This document shows positions 1 to 8,971 of a DNA stretch of 26,403 nt, in pieces. Where the stretch lies: NCBI RefSeq assembly GCF_035285525.1, contig NZ_JAYKGW010000215.1, forward strand, positions 1 to 26,403. The letters are read 5' to 3'. Each line of letters starts with the position of its first letter. Position 1 is the first letter of the stretch. Under the pieces are notes generated by a model. The model searched no databases. It worked only from the letters and a program-made list of their open reading frames with translations, and was not told the DNA's origin. A program made the translations under genes and the position numbers. This DNA comes from Okeania sp. (GTDB lineage Bacteria > Cyanobacteriota > Cyanobacteriia > Cyanobacteriales > Microcoleaceae).

Positions 1-275
<275 letters not shown>

Positions 276-303
276 TCTTCAACTGATTGATTAATGAGAA
301 AAA

Positions 304-333
304 AGCTCTCCAAATATGGAGGGCTTTTTTTTT
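304..333 (+). terminator. Rho-independent terminator of psbC
   Basis: An 8-bp stem AGCTCTCC (304-311) / GGAGGGCT (318-325, one G-U pair) with a 6-nt loop AAATAT runs into nine T residues (325-333). It lies 29 nt after the psbC stop. Confidence 0.75.
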
Positions 334-365
334 GGTTAATTCTAAAGAAAGAAAGAAACAAACAA

Positions 366-398
366 AGAAACCGGGTTTCTGAGTCTGCGGTTTTTTTT
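366..398 (+). terminator. Second hairpin plus T-run downstream of psbC, built on the palindromic 15-mer AGAAACCGGGTTTCT
   Basis: AGAAACCGGGTTTCT (366-380) is identical to one arm of the hairpin at 25203-25235. Alternatively AAACCG (368-373) can pair with CGGTTT (388-393), followed by T-run 391-398. Function as a back-up terminator is an inference. Confidence 0.45.
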
Positions 399-478
399 GA
401 TTTCTTTGGTAAAAAGTTTTATTTTTAAGGTAAAGGTTGGATAAATATGAAAATTACTAATAAAATTACAACACCAAT

Positions 479-1050
479 ATGCCATCTAGAGATATTTATC
501 ACGATTCTGTTAAAAATACTTTGATTAAAGATGGTTGCACAATTTGCCGACCCCTATAAAATTGAATATGAAGATGCCGAAATAATTAATAATTAACAAT
601 TAATAACTACTTCTTTTTATAAAAAAAAATTTCTTGAATAACCGCTTTTTCTAGATGAATAAAGAGGATTTATATCTTAATTTTTCGGTCAAATTATTAT
701 GGAAATTCATAATTTTATGAGTCGTTCACTAATTATAGCTTGCTGATTAAATATAGAAGCATTGACAAATAAAGTACGTATTTGTAGGTCAAAAAAATTT
801 ATTATTTTTTAGCTGTTTTCGTCTCAAAATGGTAAAGTTTTGACTTTAACTATCAGATGATTTTGCCGTAACAGATAATCTAAACTGTTGCCTGTTCCAT
901 TGTTTTACTACAATACTTTTTGAACAAACTCTATTGATTTATGAAATATTTTTTCAGAGAAAATCTATAGCAGCTACAGTGAAATTAAATTAAATAAATT
1001 TATTGATTGTCAACATGGAAGGTGAAGAGATTATCAAATGGATAAATTAG
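479..1050 (+). pseudogene. xisH: xisH-like gene remnant, frameshifted and interrupted
   Basis: The N-terminus MPSRDIYHDSVKNTLIKDG (from ATG 479) then needs a +1 shift to continue ADPYKIEYEDAEI (to about 584), as in XisH proteins. The typical C-terminal end ...LLIVNMEGEEIIKWIN* is preserved at about 1000-1050 with an in-frame TAA at 991-993, and it overlaps the xisI ATG as in intact xisHI pairs. The middle (about 585-850) is unrelated repeat-containing DNA that includes a family-A repeat end at 736-777. Confidence 0.6.
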
Positions 1051-1354
1051 TTAATTATCGCCATATGATAATTTTGGTTGTCAAGCACCTAATAAAAAAC
1101 GTGAAACTTGTTTAGTATTTGATGAAACCCATGACCATTATTTATGGTTGACGGTAGATTGGGAAGGAAGTAAACGACATAAATATACTCACGTTCATAT
1201 CCAAATTAAGAATGAAAAAATTTATATTGAGGAAGATTAGACGGAAGAAGGTATTGCTACAGACTTAATGGCTAAAGGTGTTTCTAGTAGTGAAATTGTT
1301 TTAGCTTTTCAACCTCCAGATGTTAGAAAATACACTGAATTTGCTATTGCTTAA
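1038..1354 (+). pseudogene. xisI: xisI-like gene remnant (frameshift or deletion near the 5' end and an in-frame TAG)
   Basis: [11 protein letters not shown] from ATG 1038 runs into a stop near 1113. A second frame gives [87 protein letters not shown], which is XisI-like throughout. TAG at 1238-1240 sits where intact family members have Trp (TGG). Stop is at 1352-1354. Confidence 0.75.
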
Positions 1355-1363
1355 TTAGGGAAT

Positions 1364-1386
1364 AAGGAGTAGGGAGTAGGGAGTAG
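1364..1386. repeat. GGGAGTA heptamer (STRR-type) array upstream of the HetZ paralogue
   Basis: aaggagtagggagtagggagtag read directly. The same heptamer family occurs at 15018-15036, at 19808-19836, and inverted at 13921-13945 and 19982-20056. Confidence 0.9.
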
Positions 1387-1581
1387 TTAAGAATTAGGAT
1401 TTAGGGGAGATTTTAGTTTAAGGGAGAGAATATTTTAATTCTTAAATCACCTTACTTGATATTCCCTTCAAATATCAGAAATGTTGCTAGAATACTATAG
1501 CAAAGAAGAAACTTTTGGCAGAATGGGGCGAAGGTACACCTGGCCTTTTCCTATAATTAAATATCTAGAATTAAAAATAGA

Positions 1582-2709
1582 ATGAACTTGTCCCAAGCAT
1601 TGGCACAAGAGTGGAAAACTAAACTCCAGGAAAATCACCCAAATCATAATTCAGATACTTATGATAGTATTGTTTGTTGGTTATTGGGAAAAAATCCAGG
1701 TCGGTTAGATACTCTTACCCCCACTCAACAGGAAATAGCCTCTAAGGGAATAGACTTCCAGTACAGAATTTTGCGACAAAGGTATTTGGATGTTCCTCCA
1801 GAAAGAGCTTATAAAAACTTAATGCAGCGTTTGAGTGGTTTGGTAATGTTGCGACAGAAAATACGAGCTTGGGTAAATACCAGTCGCGATCGCCAACGCA
1901 GTGTAATAGATGTTCTTCAAGAAGTAGTCCAAGAGATTCTCAATAGCGATCGCCACCTCCAACAACAAATGGCTCATATTGCCGAATGTACGAAAAATCC
2001 TAACCTGCGAAACTCTCTATTATTGGCTAATGTGGAAGAATATTGTGTTAGACCTATTCGTAATCAACCTTTACTGGTTTATAGATTTTTCAATTATCTA
2101 AATCGGATGCAAAAAGGTGGTCTGACTCAAGTACCTGTCAAAGAGTGGGTTAAATTTATTTCCGAGGATATTACTCCTAATGATACGGAAGACCGAGTAA
2201 GTTTGTTGGATGCTGTGGTGACGTCGGAGTATCAGAATATAGAAGCGATGGACCAACAACATCAACTTCGGTCTAAAGTCCAAGAGGAGTTTGAGAAGTA
2301 TTTGGCGGAAAAAGTTGACCAAAAGGCAGCGGAATGGTTAAAACTTTATGTTAAAGGTAATACTCAGGAAGAAATTGCGAAAGTTCTCAATCTGACGGTC
2401 AAACAGGTATATAGGTTAAGGGAAAAAGTTAGTTATCATGCAATTCGTGTTTTTGCCCTAAAACAAAAACCAGAATTAATCGCTAGTTGGCTAGAAATTT
2501 CTCTGAATGAGCATGGTTTGGGGTTGACTTCTACTCAATGGCAAGAATATTGGCAAAATCTCAATTCTGAGCAGCGTAATTTAATTGAAGCTTTAAAGTC
2601 TGGTTTAAGTATAGAGGAAATTGCTCAAAAGTTAAACACGAAAACTAATAAAGTTATTAGTGAATGGACTAAACTGTATTTGCTGGCTCAGTCTTTAAGA
2701 AACAATTGA
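1582..2709 (+). CDS. HetZ-family (HetZ-related) protein, putative DNA-binding regulator with two C-terminal HTH modules
   Basis: This 375-aa ORF has a C-terminal 140 aa collinear with the hetZ product at 20078-21241. Compare NTQEEIAKVLNLTVKQVYRLREKVSYHAIRVFA with STGEIEKILGLTPRQRDYLQQRFKYHLLKFAM, and LGLTSTQWQEYWQNLNSEQRNLIEALKSGLSIEEIAQKLNTKTNKVISEW with LGLTPTEWETLHQQIDSEQQNLLELKQQNLSDEAIAKTLGRKINQVKKKW. It is not next to patU, so I call it a paralogue rather than hetZ itself. Two HIP1 sites lie inside it. Confidence 0.72.
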   Translation: MNLSQALAQEWKTKLQENHPNHNSDTYDSIVCWLLGKNPGRLDTLTPTQQEIASKGIDFQYRILRQRYLDVPPERAYKNLMQRLSGLVMLRQKIRAWVNTSRDRQRSVIDVLQEVVQEILNSDRHLQQQMAHIAECTKNPNLRNSLLLANVEEYCVRPIRNQPLLVYRFFNYLNRMQKGGLTQVPVKEWVKFISEDITPNDTEDRVSLLDAVVTSEYQNIEAMDQQHQLRSKVQEEFEKYLAEKVDQKAAEWLKLYVKGNTQEEIAKVLNLTVKQVYRLREKVSYHAIRVFALKQKPELIASWLEISLNEHGLGLTSTQWQEYWQNLNSEQRNLIEALKSGLSIEEIAQKLNTKTNKVISEWTKLYLLAQSLRNN

Positions 2710-2737
2710 TAATTGATAATTGATAATTTAGAAAGAT

Positions 2738-3146
2738 TGTAGGTTGGGTTGAGGTACGAAACCCAACACAGACCTTGGGTTTTACTTCGTACCACCACGG
2801 GTCAATAAGCTACAACCCAACCTACCTTATACTTATAGGAAATATTCCACCGGGAAGGGAGTAATTAATAATTAATAATTTAGGTTTTGCTCATTAAACC
2901 TCAAAATATTTACAGCTAAAAAAAAGTGCATTTTTTTCAGACTGTAGGTTGGGTTGAGGTACGAAACCCAACACAGACCTTGGGTTTTACTTCGTACCGC
3001 CACGGGTCAACAAGCTACAACCCAACCTATCTTATAGGAAATATTCCACCGGGAAGGGAGTAATTAATAATTAATAATTAATAATTTAGGTTTTGCTCAT
3101 TAAACCTCAAAATATTTACAGCTAAAAAAAAGTGCATTTTTTTCAG
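2738..3146. repeat. Tandem duplication (units 2738-2940 and 2943-3146) of a composite block: a 90-nt long-stem hairpin element, an AATTAAT-type heptamer run and the left part of a family-A MITE
   Basis: The two units are near-identical by eye: a few substitutions, one 6-nt indel and one extra heptamer. Each starts with GTAGGTTGGGTTG...CAACCCAACCTAC (perfect 13-bp stem, 2739-2751 / 2814-2826 in unit 1). This encloses an inner stem GGTACGAAACCCAA / TTGGGTTT(tactt)CGTACC. Confidence 0.9.
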
Positions 3147-3265
3147 TTTGAGTGACCAAAAAATTAGAATCAAAGGTAGAAAAACAGATAAATATAAATG
3201 AACAATTCTTCCTATTTTGTCTGCCTTACCACACTAACCACACTCCGATTTTATCAGCAAATCCT
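3088..3265. mobile_element. MITE-like element, family A (imperfect terminal inverted repeats GGTTTTGCTCATTAAAC ... GATTTTATCAGCAAATCC)
   Basis: The left end ggttttgctcattaaac and the right end gattttatcagcaaatcc are imperfect reverse complements. The internal motif aaaaaaagtgcatttttttcag is shared with other family-A copies. No ORF is present. Exact borders are uncertain. Confidence 0.45.
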
Positions 3266-3370
3266 TATTAATTCCCAGAACTTTAATACTTTTCCTTTTC
3301 AAAAGAAAAAATAAATAATACTTCCTTACTTGATTCAATATTATCGGTTTTCACCATAAGTAATTAATTA

Positions 3371-3486
3371 GGTATTGCTGATTAAATATCAAAGCATTGA
3401 CAAATAAATATTAGAGGATTTTTAGGTATAGAAAAAGTACCAGTTTTTCAGTTAAAAAAGCACGGTTCCCGAAAAATCAAAAAGTT
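3371..3486. mobile_element. Family-A repeat copy (left end GGTATTGCTGATTAAATATCAAAGCATTGACAAATAAA)
   Basis: The left end at 3371-3410 is nearly identical to 736-777 and related to 12275-12315, 13718-13760 and 22498-22540. It has the internal motif aaaaagtaccagtttttcag. A degenerate right-end-like acggttcccgaaaaatcaaaaag lies at about 3463-3486. Confidence 0.45.
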
Positions 3487-3628
3487 AGTATTTTATGGTA
3501 ACTATGGGAAAAAATTAAGGGGCTATTATGAACAAACACCTCTTCTATAATTCCCTATTCATCTTGATTCTTAACTATTCCCTATTCCCTACGTCAACAA
3601 AAAGACTGAAGAAGCGCAAACCCTATTT

Positions 3629-3674
3629 AAAAATTGGTTAATTCTTTACTACCATTGCACAAAGAATTAACCAA
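3629..3674 (-). terminator. Rho-independent terminator of the DAHP synthase gene
   Basis: A perfect 14-bp stem TTGGTTAATTCTTT (3634-3647) / AAAGAATTAACCAA (3661-3674) has a 13-nt loop. On the minus strand it is followed by TTTTT (3629-3633), starting 19 nt after the stop at 3693-3695. Confidence 0.75.
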
Positions 3675-3692
3675 ACTTTTGAGCAAAATTAA

Positions 3693-4754
3693 CTACACCA
3701 AAACAGGCTCTGTTTTTGGCCAACGGTTAACAGTTTGACCAATAACTGCCATTTCCTCCATTAACCTATCAAATTTATCAGGAGTCAAAGATTGAGGACC
3801 ATCTGATAGAGCCTTGGCCGGATTTGGATGGACTTCAATCATCAAAGAATCTGTCCCGGCCACAATAGCTGCCTTGGCCATTGATGGGACGTATTCAGCT
3901 CGGCCAGTACCATGACTAGGGTCAATCATAATCGGTAAATGGGTTAGAGAACGCAAAACTGGTATGGCAGACAAGTCCAAAGTATTACGAGCGTACTGAC
4001 GGTCAAATGTCCTGATACCCCGTTCACAAAGAATTACATTTGGGTTGCCCCCTGCTAAAACATATTCTGCGGCCATTAACCACTCTTCGATAGTTGCAGA
4101 CATTCCCCGCTTCAAAAGTACAGGTTTATCTTGAGCGCCGACCTTTTTTAAGAGGGGGAAATTTTGCATATTACGAGCGCCAATTTGCAGTACATCTGCC
4201 ACTTCGCTTAATATGGGTAAGTCAGCAGAATCCATTAACTCTGTAATAATACCCAGGCCAGTTTTCTCTTTAGCTGCTGCCAACAAACCTAAAGCACTTT
4301 CACCATGTCCCTGAAAAGAATAAGGAGAAGTACGAGGTTTATAAGCACCTCCACGGAGGAACTTAGCACCAGCAGCTTTCACTCGTTGGGCAGTTTCTAT
4401 AATCATCTCCTCGTTTTCTACGGAACAAGGTCCAGCAACTACAACAAGAGGGTGTTCGATGCCAAAGGGTACAGGTCCATTAGGAGTAGATACCATTACG
4501 GTACTAGCTTCTCCGTGACGAAATTCTAGACTTGCTCGTTTGTAAGGACGTTCGACACGCATTACTTGTTCGATCCAAGGACTCATTTCTTGTAGTTGTA
4601 ATGGATCGAGGTCTGCCGTATCTCCTACTAAACCAATGACAACTTTATAGCGTCCAACAATTTTTTCTGGAGTCAGACCCCAATTTGTTTCGAGTTCGTT
4701 ACAAAGACGATCTACCTCTATTTCTGGAGAACCAACTTTAGTTACTATAATCAT
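3693..4754 (-). CDS. aroF: 3-deoxy-7-phosphoheptulonate (DAHP) synthase, type I-beta with an N-terminal regulatory extension
   Basis: This 353-aa ORF carries VVAGPCSVENEEM, FLRGGAYKPRTSPYSFQG, LLKRG and IDPSHGTG, the signature blocks of the AroF/KdsA-type I-beta family. An N-terminal domain of about 90 aa precedes the barrel. Confidence 0.92.
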   Translation of the reverse strand: MIIVTKVGSPEIEVDRLCNELETNWGLTPEKIVGRYKVVIGLVGDTADLDPLQLQEMSPWIEQVMRVERPYKRASLEFRHGEASTVMVSTPNGPVPFGIEHPLVVVAGPCSVENEEMIIETAQRVKAAGAKFLRGGAYKPRTSPYSFQGHGESALGLLAAAKEKTGLGIITELMDSADLPILSEVADVLQIGARNMQNFPLLKKVGAQDKPVLLKRGMSATIEEWLMAAEYVLAGGNPNVILCERGIRTFDRQYARNTLDLSAIPVLRSLTHLPIMIDPSHGTGRAEYVPSMAKAAIVAGTDSLMIEVHPNPAKALSDGPQSLTPDKFDRLMEEMAVIGQTVNRWPKTEPVLV

Positions 4755-5082
4755 TTTTGTTTTTTGCTGTTAAATAAGTGTAGATTCAACTAAGATTATC
4801 TTGACCTTAAGTTTAAATGTTAAATTATAGCAATTTCTTAACGAAGTTAATATGATAGTTTGTCAGCATTCACCTATTAGCTGTCAGCTATCAGCAATAA
4901 AAATGTCAAGCTTAAGGTAAGCATTCAGCTATTAGTTATCAGCTATCAGCAATAATACTGCTGAAGGACGAAGTTTAAATGAACATAGACTTTGGAGCTG
5001 ACTTTTTTAGCAATATTTTTCGTTTCTCTATATAAATATTGCTTTGATCACTAACTAACTAAAGCACTCTTCTGATAGCTGA

Positions 5083-5114
5083 CTGCGGAATGCTGTTTGC
5101 GCAGCATTCCGCAG
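5083..5114. repeat. Perfect 13-bp hairpin CTGCGGAATGCTG-tttgcg-CAGCATTCCGCAG embedded between GCTGATA-type heptamers
   Basis: Read directly. Half-copies or relatives occur at about 8490-8520, 11327-11355 and 15895-15925, always next to AGCTATC/GCTGATA heptamer runs. Confidence 0.8.
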
Positions 5115-5348
5115 GAAATGCTTACCGATTAATGAGAATGTTTAAACGAAGAATTATAGATATTAAAACTTGCTTTTGTAGTAATTTTTCGTTCTAAAAT
5201 GAAAAAGCTTTGTCACAAACTAAGTGCTTAAGTAAAATTAATTGTGCATTAACTTTTCACTTTATCAGACTTCGAGGTGAAATTATATACAAATAATTTT
5301 GCACGACTACTTATCAAGCAATAGCTGACGACTGAATAGCTTAACAAA

Positions 5349-5840
5349 TCAATTTTTTGATTTAGCTTCTTTCCAAGCTTCTCTCATCCTTTGAAAGTTA
5401 ATTTTTACTTCTTGTAAGCCTAATAAGCTACCTTTTTTATCTTCATCCCAAGACGCAGAAAAAAGACCATAACTCAAACCAACAACACTTAAACCAAAAA
5501 AGCCCGTACTAACTAGCAAAACTGCTTGGTTTGGCAATACAAAAATATCATTTGCAATGATGAAGTAGCTAAAAACAAAAGTTAACACAGAAAATAGTAG
5601 AGGCGTACCAGATAATAAAACCATACGGGTTATCATCCGTCTACTAACTACTTCAGGAATAGAATTATTTCCTCTTGCTCTTTTAGCATTTTGATTGATA
5701 TTATCTCGATCGATATTCTGAGGATGATTTTGTTTTTCTGTCACCTGTTTTTTAGGTGAAGCAGATGATTTTTTACCTTGTTTTTTCCGACTTTTAGCAG
5801 GTTCAAAAGGTAAACTATTGCGTGATGATTTTGGAGCCAT
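5349..5840 (-). CDS. PAM68-like photosystem II assembly factor (DUF3464 family)
   Basis: This 163-aa ORF has a basic, low-complexity N-terminus followed by IPEVVSRRMITRM. It has two hydrophobic helices and the conserved tail GLSYGLFSASWDEDKKGSLLGLQEVKINFQRMREAWKE, which resembles Sll0933/PAM68 proteins as I remember them. Confidence 0.75.
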   Translation of the reverse strand: MAPKSSRNSLPFEPAKSRKKQGKKSSASPKKQVTEKQNHPQNIDRDNINQNAKRARGNNSIPEVVSRRMITRMVLLSGTPLLFSVLTFVFSYFIIANDIFVLPNQAVLLVSTGFFGLSVVGLSYGLFSASWDEDKKGSLLGLQEVKINFQRMREAWKEAKSKN

Positions 5841-5844
5841 AAGC

Positions 5845-5906
5845 AGTTATCAGTTATTCAGTTATTCAGTTATTCAGTTATTCAGTTATTAGTTATTAGT
5901 TATCAG
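5845..5906. repeat. AGTTATC / AGTTATT(C) heptamer-octamer array abutting the pam68 start codon
   Basis: agttatcagttattcagttattcagttattcagttattcagttattagttattagttatcag starts 5 nt from the ATG (5838-5840, minus strand). Read in the gene's sense it is (ATAACTG)n. Confidence 0.9.
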
Positions 5907-6663
5907 CACCTCTACCTAGAATATCGGGGATTGAAATACTGGATTGATTTTTTATCCCCTTGAAAAATAAAGGCTTGAAACTTTATTTTTTGGTCAATTT
6001 TTAACCTCTAATATCGGTGAGTAATTAATCCTTTATAAAGTTTCTGATTAAGTTATTTCAGTTAACAGTTATCAGTCCCTCTGCCTAGAATAGGAGTTAT
6101 TAGTTATTAGTTATCAGCACCTCTACCTAGAATATCGGGGATTGAAATACTGGATTGATTTTTTATCCCCTTGAAAAATAAAGGCTTGAAACTTTATTTT
6201 TTGGTCAATTAATTTTTAACCTCTAATATCAAGGTGAGTAATTAATGCTTTATAACGTTCCTGAATAAATCATTTCAGTTAACATTTATCAGTACCTCTG
6301 CCTAGAATAGCAGTTATCGGTTATCAGTTATCAGCACCTCTACCTAGAATATCGGTAGAATATCGGGGATTGAAATACTGTATTTATTTTTCATCCCCTT
6401 AATAAAGAGAAGCCTTGAAACCTTTTTTTGGGGTTGATTTTTAACCTCTAATACCAAGGCTAGTAATTAATGCTTTATAACGTTCCTGAATAAATTATTT
6501 CAGTTAAAATTTATCAGTACCTCTGCCTATAATATCGGGGATTAAGATACTGAATTTATTTCTTTTCATCCCCTTAAAAAGAGAAGCCTTGAAACCTTTT
6601 TTTGGGGTTGATTTTTAACCTCTAATACCAAGGCGAGTAATTAATCCTTTATAACGTTCCTGA
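5907..6663. repeat. Tandem repeat of about 175-225 bp (about 3.5 units), each unit carrying a copy of the last ~50 nt of rpsO plus its downstream hairpin region
   Basis: TTAACCTCTAATA... (the reverse complement of the rpsO stop and last codons) occurs at 6001, 6216, 6441 and at the true gene end 6615. The motif ggggattgaaatactg...atcccc and cctct(a/g)cctagaata recur with the same period. Confidence 0.9.
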
Positions 6664-6884
6664 CTTTGTTTCTGAATATATGTCAATAAACGCTTACGTT
6701 TACCAATCATTTTTAATAGACCCCTCTGAGATGAATAGTCCTGTTTATTATTCTTTAAATGAGCACTTAATTTACTAATTTTTTCTGTCAGCATTGCTAC
6801 TTGAACATCTGCTGAACCTGTATCCGTATCATGGGTTTGATATTCACCAATAATCTCTTGTTTACGCTGTTGTTTGAGAGCCAT
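6615..6884 (-). CDS. rpsO: 30S ribosomal protein S15
   Basis: This 89-aa ORF reads MALKQQRKQEIIGEYQTHDTDTGSADVQVAMLTEKISKLSAHLK...GLLKMIGKRKRLLTYI...YKGLITRLGIRG, a typical S15 sequence and length. Confidence 0.95.
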   Translation of the reverse strand: MALKQQRKQEIIGEYQTHDTDTGSADVQVAMLTEKISKLSAHLKNNKQDYSSQRGLLKMIGKRKRLLTYIQKQSQERYKGLITRLGIRG

Positions 6885-6976
6885 TATGTTTAATTTGTAC
6901 TAATTTTTCTAAAAATTTCCACAATCGTTTATTATATCATAATTTGTTGGTTCCGAGAAATACCAATATAAGTCTT

Positions 6977-7612
6977 TTATAATTGAGTAGAACGACTCAA
7001 CCAACTAATAGCTTCCCGAATCCAATCTTCCGCATTTGTATTTTTGGACATATTAGCATCTTTACTAACAGCTTGCAATGCCTGCATTACTTCTTGACCT
7101 GTATACCCCAAAGCTAATAAGGTCATTTCTACCTCTTCTTGAATAGCAGGTGTAACTCCCACTGGTACTGAAGTTGCTAAACCAGCATCTTGTCGCCATT
7201 CGGCCAATTTATTTTTTAATTCTAAAGCAATACGTTCTGCCGTTTTGGCACCTACCCCCGGAGTTTTGGCCAATACACGAGTATTTCCCCCCACAATAGC
7301 TTGAACTAATTCTGGTAATTCTAAAGTATCTAAAAGAGCGATCGCTAATTGTGCCCCAATACCACTAACGCTGACTAATTGACGAAATAAGTCTCTTTCT
7401 GCGGAAGTACCAAAACCATACAATATTATTTGGTCTTCTCTGATTTGTTGGTGGGTAAAAATTTTGGTATCTTCTCCTGGTTGTAAATTTTGAGTCAACC
7501 TAGGTATAATTTGCAATTCATAACCTATTTGATTAATCTCTAAAATTAGAGTTACACGAGAACTATTTCCTTTATAAATATCAGCTATTTTTCCTTTCAG
7601 GTAATTAATCAT
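6977..7612 (-). CDS. ruvA: Holliday junction branch migration complex subunit RuvA
   Basis: This 211-aa ORF has the N-terminal OB-like MINYLKGKI...LILEINQIGYEL. It carries helix-hairpin-helix motifs VSGIGAQLAIALL and TPGVGAKTAERIALEL, and a C-terminal domain III LLALGYTGQEV. Confidence 0.93.
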   Translation of the reverse strand: MINYLKGKIADIYKGNSSRVTLILEINQIGYELQIIPRLTQNLQPGEDTKIFTHQQIREDQIILYGFGTSAERDLFRQLVSVSGIGAQLAIALLDTLELPELVQAIVGGNTRVLAKTPGVGAKTAERIALELKNKLAEWRQDAGLATSVPVGVTPAIQEEVEMTLLALGYTGQEVMQALQAVSKDANMSKNTNAEDWIREAISWLSRSTQL

Positions 7613-8971
7613 TAAAATTAATTCAAAATTATTTCCAAATTACATATTAACAACTACTGAACGATTATTAAACCTGTAAAAATTTTTCACTTGATAAAAG
7701 ATGGAAAAAATAGCTTTTTTTTATTTATAGAAGCTTGTCATATTTTAAGATTAAGCTATCAGCTATCAACCTAAAAACTCAGCCATTAGCTATTAGCTAT
7801 TCACTGTTATTTTTAGTATTATAGAATTTTTAAATCGTAAGTATTTAGCTATTAGCAGTCAGCCATCAGCAATTAGTAATTATTCATTACTTCTGAGCTT
7901 TAGGAAGGAAACCTCGACATTAAATTTTTATTATTTCTCAATTTCAAGGGTTATTTTACCTTCTCTACAATTAATAGCTCAATTGCGAAGTTCCTCCCCA
8001 GGAGAATAGCTAATAGCTGAAAGCTGAATAGTTACTTCAAATCAGATGTAAATCTAGATAGAGTTTTTTCTCATAAAATTATTGCCTTGAGTATCGACTA
8101 ATTATTATTTAAATCTAGCATTTAATTGTGTTTTCCTTTTTTTTGGGTACATCTCATATTTGCAAAAATACTTTTTTCTTATTCCTGATTCCCTATTCCT
8201 TGTTCCCTGTTCCCTGTTCTCTAAAAGCGACAAATTTTTGGCTTTATTCAAAATTGAGATACACCCTTTTTTTACCGTTCCCTGTTTCCTATTATTTTGT
8301 TTATAGAAAGAAATTTCCGTATTTAACATAAAAATTTTATAGCAATTTGAAATTGGTTGTCACAATTCAAAAACCAGAAATATGCTCTAAAATTATCATT
8401 TCTTTTCTGTCAAATTTTATAGAAAATAAACTAAATTTTTTACACCAATAAAATAGTATATTTGTAAGCATTTAGCCATTAGCAATCAGCAAGCTTCCTG
8501 CGGATCAACTGCGTTAATAGCTACTGCTTTTAGTTTGAGATAAAAGCTTTACTAATTGAATCATAATTAAATCTTAACTACAAAAAATGTATATGGCATT
8601 TAAACTCCCTCTTTTTACTAAGAGCCAACAGTTAATATCTGAATACTTACAGCTTTTTATTTAAATAAAAGTTTTATTAATTGAACCATGATTAAACCTT
8701 AGTACAACATATTTTCATTAATGCAGAAAAAGTGATAATTTATTTGATAATATAATAAAGTAGCTCGCCAATTATTATCTCATTATCTAGCAATACTAAA
8801 TAGGTTAGAAAAATTTCAAATCTAGAAATAAATATTACTCAAAATAGTAAATAATATAATTTCCTACGCAAAATTAATTACACATTATTTTAATTTCTTG
8901 TTTTCCCTTCCTTGTTAAATCTTTAATCTCTCAATTAGGAAATTAACTTTGCACAACTCCCTATAAACTTT

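Noticed and set aside
2098-2322. 74-aa ORF on the minus strand
   Set aside because: It lies entirely antisense within the 375-aa HetZ-family CDS. Its composition is typical of a shadow ORF, and it has no motif.
4305-4529. 74-aa ORF on the plus strand
   Set aside because: It is antisense to the strongly supported DAHP synthase CDS, so it is a shadow frame.
8105-8331. Mutually overlapping 74-aa (minus) and 67-aa (plus) ORFs
   Set aside because: They cover TTCCCTG/TTCCCTA heptamer repeats and AT-rich low-complexity DNA. The two ORFs are mirror images of each other, and there is no start context or motif. I treat them as non-coding.
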